Source: an uncultured bacterium
GTDB taxonomy: Bacteria > Patescibacteriota > Minisyncoccia > Phycocordibacterales > UBA6065
Reading direction: 5' to 3'
Assembly: GCA_963841935.1 (NCBI GenBank)
Contig: CAWJEP010000005.1
Span: 69,845-133,844 of the forward strand
DNA: 64,000 nucleotides
The notes beneath the pieces are model-generated. The model saw only the letters and a program-made list of their open reading frames with translations. It did no database searches and was not told where the DNA came from. The position numbers and the translations under genes are program-made. Shown here one piece after another: positions 57,001 through 64,000 of the stretch. Positions within the stretch are counted from its first letter, which is position 1. Each line of letters begins with the position of its first letter.

Positions 57001-60000
57001 TAACTGATGTCATAAATAGTTCCGGTTCAATGGGTATCGGCACGACAACGCCGAATGCTAAACTGGATGTTCTTGGAACCACTGGTAGTCCTGCTACAAG
57101 CGGTTACACCCAAAATGGCATATTCCAGATTGGAGCTTCTATTGGAGGCAATGGTTTGGACTTTGGAGTCTTGGCCGGAGCGCCATACTCGACCTGGATG
57201 CAGTCAGGTTATTTGGGCAACTATTCTCTCGCGGCTTACTATCCAATATCTCTGAACCCTCTTGGCGGCAATGTCGGTATCGGGACGACTAATCCGACGG
57301 CGAAACTTGAAATCGCCGGCACTGGCAGCACACTTGTCCAAGCGAGCACGACCGATGTGACAACTTCTTCCGCTTCGGGATTTCAATCTCTAAGTGACGC
57401 GAGCATACTGACCATGCAAAATCACGGAAGCGCGAGAGTCGTGTCGCGTTATGGACTCACGCTTGGAGGTTGGACAGAGATAACGGCACAGAACAATTTC
57501 GGAACGAACAACGGCATTGTTATCGGAACTCAAAGCGCGGTACCCATCGTCTTCGGTACGAACAATACCGAATATATGCGCATTACCGGCGCCGGCAACG
57601 TCGGCATCGGGACGCCGGGGCCTGGTTACAAGTTAGATGTTCAAGGCAATGCTGGTATTGTAACTGTAAACACTAATGGCTCCGTGTCTGCAGGTGGACA
57701 ATATGTCTCTGGTATTGGAAGTTTTGCATCCGCAAGCGATGGAACTGATGTTGTTTTACAAGCTGGAGCTACGACACTTATGACTTTGAAGTCCGGCGGC
57801 AACGTCGGCATCGGGACGGCGAGTCCTCAAGTCAGGACTCATATTGTCGGTCCGTCGTTAACTGAAAGTTCCGAGACTTCGTATGCCTTATGGGTGGCCA
57901 ACACCAACGCTCCGACGAAAGCGTTGATTATGGGTTACGACACTACCGCCGATATCGCCGTCATCAATGCCGTGCAGCAAGGGGTAACTTGGAAGAACAT
58001 CGCGATGCAAACCAATGGCGGCAACGTCGGCATCGGAACTACGAACCCGGGAGCGACCTTGGATGTGAACGGGTATGGACGCTTCGTCAGCCCCAACGGA
58101 GGATCAACCGGCGCCGTTATAATTAGAGACGCCAGCGGGAACCCTAATGCCGCGTATTTGCAGTTCACCAATAATGCAGACTCCGTGGAGTACGCAGACA
58201 TTCGTGGGCTCGCCGCCGGAGGAATGGCTCTAAACGGCGGTAACGTCGGCATCGGGACGACGAATCCTTCCCAAAGATTGTCGGTGAACCAATCACTCGC
58301 TATCACGAATGTGGGCGGCGGCGGTGCCCAGTATCTGCTCATGGGCAATCAAGATTCTGCTGGCGTCAATAACCCCGTAGTACTGCAAGCAGCTAACGGT
58401 GACTTGAGCATCGGTCACGGGTCCAGCTGGACGGACCCGGTGGGGGGCACCTTCTCATCAAATGTAACATTCAAGAACGGTGGCAACGTCGGCATCGGGA
58501 CGACGAATCCAGCGTATAAGTTGGACGTGAATGGTACAGCAAACATTGGTGGTAATTTTACTGTCGGTGGCAACTTGACTATAAACGGAAGTTACAATAC
58601 AAGTTTGTATAGCCTTACAACAAGCAGAAGCGGAGGAGTGAATTATGCTTATCCTGATGTTGCGGGGGCGTCGGTTGGTTTAGTGCTTGGCGGAACCAGT
58701 AATGGTAATGGAACAATTGCTTTGAATACCACTGGTAGCAACACAACACCGACGATGTATCTTTCAACAACCGGCAACGTCGGCATCGGGACGACGGCGC
58801 CGGAGTCAAATTTGACTGTACAAAATACTAATGCAGGTGGTCGAGGAGGTGAAATAAGTATCACAAATCTCTCCAATACGATCAATTCAGAAGCGGCGTT
58901 AAATTTTGGTGTTGATAACTCCAGCTACAATGCCGACTCCGGTAACGGTCAGATTAAAGTTGTTAATATGGATGGAGCGACAATGAAATCGGATATGGTA
59001 TTTTCAACTTGGAACGGTTCTGCTTTTGGCGAGAGAATGAGGATACAATCAGGTGGCAACGTCGGCATCGGACGACAGTCCCGCTCAATAAATTGGATAT
59101 TGCAGGGGCTTCTGCGATTGGCAGTGATTATGCAGGTGCTTACACGGCTCCAACTAACGGTGCAATAATAGAAGGCAACGTCGGCATCGGGACGGCGAGT
59201 CCAGGGCAAAAACTTGATGTAAACGGTAATATCAATTTTGCGGCTGCGGGATATATTACCAACAACAATAGCTCGTACTTTGGCGCAGGTAACGTACTGG
59301 TGTCAGGCGCGGCATCAACGGATACAGGTATTTTGACAAGCGGGAATATTGTTTTTGGCACCAATGCCGGCGCGGGGAATACTGAGCGCATGCGCATCAC
59401 TTCGACCGGCAACGTCGGCATCGGGACGACGAATCCGCAGTCGCCACTTCAACTGGGTTCAGTGTTTGCATTACAACAAGATGTAAATAGTGGTTATATT
59501 GGCGCAAACTTTGGCGGAATAATAATTAGTTATATCAAGAGCCAATATGCCAACCAAATACAGTTTGACTCTGCACTGGGTAATATCAATTTTAAAGTAG
59601 CACCATCCGGAACTGCTGGTAACCCTATCACTTACACAACAGCAATGGCGATAAATTCTTCCGGCGAGGTCGGTATCGGAACAACGAATCAAAACAATCC
59701 ATTGGAAGTCGACAGTTCGGCGGGCGCTGAGACCGGAATCAATATATTCAATTCAAATATAAACGGCGGGGCGCAGCTTAGTCTTCACAGTATCTCAACC
59801 GGCACCGGTCCTTTTGGCGGCGCTACAATTTCGTATTCAAACGTGGCCGGGCCATACGCAAACGCCCTGGTCATAATGAATACATACTCCGCTCCATTAA
59901 TACTTGGTACCAACAACGCCAATAGATTCGAGATAGACAATAACGGCGACGTGGGTGTTGCAATACTATCCGCGGGTACATCCAATTCTCTCTGCTACAA

Positions 60001-60978
60001 CAACATAGTCAATCCCGGTTACAATTCCATCGGCACGTGTTCCTCCGACGAAAGAGTTGAAACAAAATATTACTCTCGCTCTCCGACAACACCGGACTCT
60101 CGGTGATTAACGCTTTAAATCCGGTGTCCTTCAATTGGAATCCGGCGTTTTCAAACGACCAGAGCGAACAATACGGATTTATAGCGCAGGACATTCAAAA
60201 GGTTTTGCCGAGCTTGGTCTCGACGAGTTCTCCGACGGCTCTCACGCCTGACGGCACGTTGTCGCTCAACTACAACGGACTCTTCGCTCCGATAGTCAAA
60301 TCGATTCAGGAACTTGACGCCGATTTGTCTTCGACAACGCAAGCGGTATTCGCTCTGCAGACAGAAGTGGCCGGCATAGAGAATGTTTTGAGTAGCAATT
60401 ACTCGACATCGTCGGCGAGCGTCTCAACGACTACCGTCTCCAACGTAGTTACAAACTGGTTCTCGTCTCTAGGCGTGGCTATCGAAAATGGAGTATTTCA
60501 TTTTGGAAACCTCATCGCCGACACCTTGACCGCCACGACGGAAGTGGTGAACACGGTCAACGCGGAGACTATTACAACGGCAAACTTTACCGTCGAGCCG
60601 GCCGCGGCCGCGATGTCATCATCGGGTATTACTATTTACGACCGCGCTTCGGGCAAACCGACTTGTCTCTTCGTGAACAACAACACAATAGAAGAAACAG
60701 CCGGCGCCTGCGGCACGTTTGATTCTTCGTCAAACAACAATTCAAGCAATCAAAATAATTCCGGAAACAATCCTACGGACGGCAATGGGGGAACGGACAC
60801 TTCGACTTCGACTCCATCCACGGACACCTCGACGTCCACTCCTTCGTCCGACGTCTCGACATCCACTCCGTCAACAGACGTTTCCACTTCCACTCCGTCC
60901 ACTGATACTTCGACTTCCACGCCTTCGACCGACACCACGGACGCTTCATCCACCGACGCTACATCGACAACGCCGTAA
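54006..60978 (+). CDS. Giant (~2,300 aa) surface fibre-like protein: N-terminal excisionase-type HTH-like module, TM helix, GNVGIGTTNP-type repeats, C-terminal Peptidase_S74 intramolecular-chaperone domain, Ser/Thr/Pro-rich tail. The frame is broken twice (about 59075 and about 60060).
   Basis: The N-terminus ISSRRAAKLSGYTQDYVGQLVRGKRVTAKKIGRSWYIQEISFRDYI fits the HTH_17/excisionase pattern (..A..LG.s...v.rlvr.G.l.a.KiGR.Wri). A single TM helix (LTAFTLSLLIVSSAIAFA) follows. Then more than 1,500 aa rich in T/N/S/G with about 14 repeats of GGNVGIGTT(N/T)P..KLDV roughly every 77 aa. The continuation ORFs 59009-60106 and 60103-60978 keep the repeats. They end in NKILLSLSDNTGLSVINALNPVSFNWNP...QYGFIAQDIQKVLPSLVS...LSLNYNGLFAPIVKSIQELDADL, which is the tail-fibre/endosialidase chaperone (Peptidase_S74) signature. 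The frame breaks coincide with homopolymer tracts (ggcatcgg-acg versus ggcatcggGacg, gaaaca versus gaaaaca). Confidence 0.6.
54333..55913 (+). repeat. 1,581-bp block identical to 61830-63410 (copy 1)
   Basis: Direct comparison shows the two segments are the same at constant offset 7,497 from 54333/61830 up to a T/C difference at 55914/63411. The six-frame ORF track gives identical ORF translations in both copies. Confidence 0.8.
60790..60960 (+). repeat. Tandem 27-nt (9-aa TSTSTPSTD-like) Ser/Thr/Pro-rich coding repeats at the C-terminus of the giant protein
   Basis: TDTSTSTPSTDTSTSTPSSDVSTSTPSTDVSTSTPSTDTSTSTPSTDTTDASSTDATSTTP, encoded by near-perfect tandem copies of acttcgacttccac(g/t)ccttc(g/a)(a/t)c(c/a)gac. 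Confidence 0.6.
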
Positions 60979-61068
60979 CATACATATATATGTATATGCC
61001 GACAAGCCCGTATTTTCATTTTTTGAATTTTTGCTATAGTATCCGAGTCGCTCTTTTGTTCCAAACAT

Positions 61069-61143
61069 TCCGGGATAGCTCAGCGGTAGAGCAGTCGCCT
61101 GTTAAGCGATTGGTCGGTGGTTCGATCCCACCTCCCGGAGCCA
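61069..61143 (+). tRNA. tRNA-Asn (anticodon GTT)
   Basis: TCCGGGATAGCTCAGCGGTAGAGCAGTCGCCTGTTAAGCGATTGGTCGGTGGTTCGATCCCACCTCCCGGAGCCA. Anticodon stem GTCGC/GCGAT, loop CTGTTAA. The 3' CCA is encoded. Confidence 0.8.
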
Positions 61144-61296
61144 AGAAAGAAAATTCTAGACGAGGGACTTTTTTTGTTGTCCGTTGATGTTCGGTTTTCC
61201 GATAAACATGGAAGTTTTAAATTCCTGAGCGTCGAAAGGTCAATTTTATATCAAAAAACTAGGTTTCATTTTTAACCTTTAGATTTCTAATTTGTG

Positions 61297-61337
61297 TTAT
61301 TAATGTTTATCAATGTATAGAAATCATTAGTATTTTT
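61297..61337 (+). promoter_or_regulatory. Conserved ~40-bp upstream element, copy 2
   Basis: The same ATTAATGTTTATCAATGTATAGAAATCATTAGTATTTTT, about 142 nt upstream of the second giant-gene start (61479). Confidence 0.4.
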
Positions 61338-61478
61338 TTCTTTTGACCGCGAAAAGAAAATCCGCGAGTTTCTCTCAAAAATCCGAGAAAAAATCATAAA
61401 AAACTATTAAAGAGACCTGTGGTTTTTCCACCTGTTCCGCATATGAAAATATGGCTATAAACAATAGAATTATGGCCA

Positions 61479-64000
61479 ATGGAGAGCAAGGTTACTATCG
61501 CCGGAAAAATATATATTTCGGCAAAGTCGGCGGCAAAAATTACCGGCTATGCCCAAGACTACGTCACACGTCTTATTAGACTAAAAAAATTTTCCGCGCA
61601 AAAAATCGGCCGGTCTTGGTATGTCGAAGAAGATTCTTTTTTGAAATTCTGGACGGAACACAAAGAAACGCTTTCCGATTCTGCTTTGAAACAAAGCGAT
61701 ATGTCGGCTATCCGACCGGCAAATGTTCCTCAATCTTTTTTGCCTCCCGAAAAAGAATATGTTTCTCTGCAAAAACCGGAAATCAGAAAAAAACCGGCGC
61801 AGCTCAAAATCCCGAACTTTGTAACTCTGACCCTCTCCCTCCTCATCGTCTCCTCAGCCATTGCCTTCGCTAATACGGTCAGTCCTCAAGAAGTGGCGGG
61901 ATATGTTTCCTCCACAACGGATAAAGGATTGGCCATGGTTTCCTCGGCTGAAGCACTTCTTCGTCAAAGCGCGGACTTGGCCAATTTATACGGCAAAGAA
62001 AACACGGCGCTCGTGGCCGCCTCGGGCGAAAATCCTCTTTTCATCGGAGCCCAAACGGTGGCCCTCGGCGTCTACGAAACATTCCATCCGGCGATTCAAA
62101 ACGCCGAATATACTTTGGCGGCGCTCTTTGCCCCGAGAGTTTCTAACATCGCCGTCAGTAACGTTTCGGAATCTCCGATAACCATTAATCTCGCTTCGAG
62201 CACGACGCCAATGACAAGTTCTTCAAGCGCTCTCGCCGTTTATACTCCGCCCGTCACCACGGCAAATCCCGTCATATCTTCGCCAAACAACGTCTATTAC
62301 CAGACTCTCGGCGAGACGCAAGACGAAGTCCAAAGCCAAATAGCCGCCGCCATAGAGCCCCTGATTTTCCAGATTAACGCTTTGGGATACAGAGGAGGAA
62401 CGACGCAGTCAAACGTCCAAAACGTCTACGACAACATCGATTTCAGCCGCATTAACGGAGCAAACATCGACAAAAGCTTCGTGAGCGATTCGGCCTTTAC
62501 CGGCGGAACCATTAGCGGCGCGAGTATTACCAACTCATCGATTGACGTTCTAAACGTCGGAAACGGTCTCTCGAACATCGCCGGCGATTTGACCGTTTCC
62601 GGCACGACAACAGTCAACAATCTCTTTGCCGCTAATTCTTTGACGAGTAATTCAACCACGACCTCTGCCACCTCGACTAATCTCTACGCCGCGAACGTCG
62701 TGTTGGCAAACGCCACGACGACAAATCTCTTTACCGACTCACTCAACGCTTTGTCGGAGACAATCGATAGCATCACTTCAAATGTCGCGACCATATTCGG
62801 CCTGACCGCGACGAATGCCACGACGACCTCCGCCACGACGACGAATGAATTCGACGCAAACCTCGTCGCTTCAAACGCCACGACGACGGGGAACGCGTAC
62901 GTCGGCGGCAATCTCACGGTGGGCGGCAATTCAGTTACCCTGGGCAACTCGAGCGCCAACACGCTCGTCGTCAATTCCGCCGTCGGCTCAAACCTCATTC
63001 CGAACCAAAACGCCACGTACGACATCGGCTCTCCGGCCTATTACTGGAACAACGAATACGTCGCCACCCTAAACGTCAACAATCTCTCGGCCGCTTCTTC
63101 GACCATCGGCGGAACGACAGACAGCAATTTCACCATTAACTCCGGCAACGGCACTCCCGACACCGAGAGTATGTCACTCACATTCTTCCGAGGCACCGTG
63201 GTGCCAAACGCCGTCATCGCTTGGAACTCTACGACCAAACGTTTCGAATTAAACCAAAGCGCCTTCATTCAAAACGGCTCTACAAACCTTCTTTCCTCGC
63301 CTACGCTTTCGCTCGAGGGTCAAGCGGGACAAACCGGAGACATTTTCGATATCGCGAGCTCAACCGGACAAAACTATTTCAATATCTCCGCCACTGGCAC
63401 GACAAACACTCTGGGTCTGACCTTTACGAACGCCACGGGAACCTCCGCTACTACGACCAATCTCTACGTTGCAAACGTCATATCGGCAAGCGCCACAAGT
63501 ACGAACTTCTACACCTCTCTTTTAAATTCCATAACGGGAACAATCGCAAACTTCACGTCAAACTTGGCGACAATTTTCGGACTAACTGCCACCAACTCCA
63601 CGACGACAAACGCCACCACTACGAATCTCGTGGCATTCAACGCTCCCGTCGCTCCGGCTTTCATCGCCACCTCGACTACGGCCGTTTCTTCCTTCCAACA
63701 ATTCTTGGTTAACGGAAGCACCACTCTCCAAAACTTCACCTTCCAAAACGCCACGGGCACGAGCGCGACGACGACGAACTTCTTCTCCACGAACGCCGTC
63801 CACACGAGCGCTACGACGACGAATCTCTTCGCGACAAATTTCAACGCGACGAACGAAATTCTTACGAATCTCATCGCAACTTACTCAACTACCACTTACG
63901 CCACTTCAACAAATCTTTACACTTCCGGTCAGACGATTCTCGCGGCGACAGGGGGCAACGTCGGCATCGGGACGACGAATCCGACGCACCTACTTGCAGG
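61479..64000 (+). CDS. Paralog of the giant fibre-like protein (HTH-like N-terminus, TM helix, shared 1.58-kb block, then diverged repeats), 3' partial at the window end
   Basis: MESKVTIAGKIYISAKSAAKITGYAQDYVTRLIRLKKFSAQKIGRSWYVEEDSFLKFW... aligns residue-for-residue with the N-terminus of copy 1 and is followed by the same TM helix. It is absent from the ORF track because it runs off the window without a stop. GNVGIGTTNP repeats resume at 63957. Confidence 0.55.
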   Translation, partial: MESKVTIAGKIYISAKSAAKITGYAQDYVTRLIRLKKFSAQKIGRSWYVEEDSFLKFWTEHKETLSDSALKQSDMSAIRPANVPQSFLPPEKEYVSLQKPEIRKKPAQLKIPNFVTLTLSLLIVSSAIAFANTVSPQEVAGYVSSTTDKGLAMVSSAEALLRQSADLANLYGKENTALVAASGENPLFIGAQTVALGVYETFHPAIQNAEYTLAALFAPRVSNIAVSNVSESPITINLASSTTPMTSSSSALAVYTPPVTTANPVISSPNNVYYQTLGETQDEVQSQIAAAIEPLIFQINALGYRGGTTQSNVQNVYDNIDFSRINGANIDKSFVSDSAFTGGTISGASITNSSIDVLNVGNGLSNIAGDLTVSGTTTVNNLFAANSLTSNSTTTSATSTNLYAANVVLANATTTNLFTDSLNALSETIDSITSNVATIFGLTATNATTTSATTTNEFDANLVASNATTTGNAYVGGNLTVGGNSVTLGNSSANTLVVNSAVGSNLIPNQNATYDIGSPAYYWNNEYVATLNVNNLSAASSTIGGTTDSNFTINSGNGTPDTESMSLTFFRGTVVPNAVIAWNSTTKRFELNQSAFIQNGSTNLLSSPTLSLEGQAGQTGDIFDIASSTGQNYFNISATGTTNTLGLTFTNATGTSATTTNLYVANVISASATSTNFYTSLLNSITGTIANFTSNLATIFGLTATNSTTTNATTTNLVAFNAPVAPAFIATSTTAVSSFQQFLVNGSTTLQNFTFQNATGTSATTTNFFSTNAVHTSATTTNLFATNFNATNEILTNLIATYSTTTYATSTNLYTSGQTILAATGGNVGIGTTNPTHLLA
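61830..63410 (+). repeat. 1,581-bp block identical to 54333-55913 (copy 2)
   Basis: See copy 1. After 63410 the copies stay similar but diverge. Confidence 0.8.

Noticed and set aside
54364-59421. Numerous 60-150-aa ORFs in alternative frames and strands across the giant repeat gene (for example 54364-54684 / 61861-62181, 55318-55575, 57935-58348)
   Set aside because: They overlap the long repeat-encoding frame. They recur identically in both copies only because the DNA is duplicated. They are low-complexity Pro/Arg/Thr-rich off-frame translations.
56460-59440. Regularly spaced near-identical ~30-nt motifs (ggcaacgtcggcatcgggacgacgaatcc) that looked CRISPR-like at first
   Set aside because: The spacing is about 230 nt, not 30-40 nt. 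The motifs are in-frame codons for GGNVGIGTTNP inside a long ORF. There is no cas gene or leader. They are protein-coding repeats.
60990-61187. 65-aa ORF between the giant genes
   Set aside because: It overlaps tRNA-Asn (61069-61143) and is the translation of the tRNA sequence itself.
1-64000. Possibility of a reassigned stop codon (for example UGA=Gly as in some CPR lineages) explaining the broken genes
   Set aside because: Intact long ORFs (rpoB, clpB, topA, infB) terminate with TAA, TAG and TGA in the expected places. The broken genes resume in a different frame rather than reading through an in-frame stop. The disruptions are frame changes, not recoding.

Overview
This 64-kb window looks like a reduced genome of the Candidate Phyla Radiation (Patescibacteria) type. 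Housekeeping genes are dense and often short: IF-2 is 524 aa, RpoB 1057 aa, and DnaX is short at 348 aa. Genes called include rbfA and infB on the minus strand, an IscS/NifS-family cysteine desulfurase, clpB, alr, rpmG, rarA, miaA, topA, dprA, serS, dus, dnaX, rpsP, a KH-domain gene, trmD, rpoB, rpoC, dnaG, rpoD, truB, typA and a ParB homologue. There are 10 tRNA genes. Accessory content includes a tandem trio of T4SS-pilin-like (TrbC/VirB2 family) genes at the left edge, a patch of hypothetical genes after tRNA-Gln, a 3' remnant of dnaA, a SWIB-domain protein, and a lower-GC nuclease-rich cluster (DUF2779 nuclease, two DnaQ-like exonucleases, a Pol-beta nucleotidyltransferase, a DsbA-like protein). 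The most unusual feature is a pair of giant paralogous genes at 54.0-61.0 kb and from 61.5 kb to the window edge. Each encodes an N-terminal excisionase-type HTH-like module, one TM helix, and kilobases of about 77-aa repeats built on GNVGIGTTNP. The first copy ends in a phage tail-fibre-type Peptidase_S74 intramolecular-chaperone domain and a Ser/Thr/Pro-rich tail. The two copies share a 1.58-kb identical block, a conserved upstream element, and flank a tRNA-Asn. Several conserved genes are broken by single-nucleotide frame changes (rpoC, dnaG three times, the giant gene twice, a GrpB-Nudix fusion, the dnaA remnant). The dnaG A-run junctions, the giant-gene junctions and the dnaA remnant junction sit in A/G homopolymers; the rpoC junction and the second dnaG junction are not clean homopolymer events. 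Overall this points to uncorrected sequencing or assembly indels rather than real pseudogenes. No rRNA, CRISPR array or recognisable transposase was seen.
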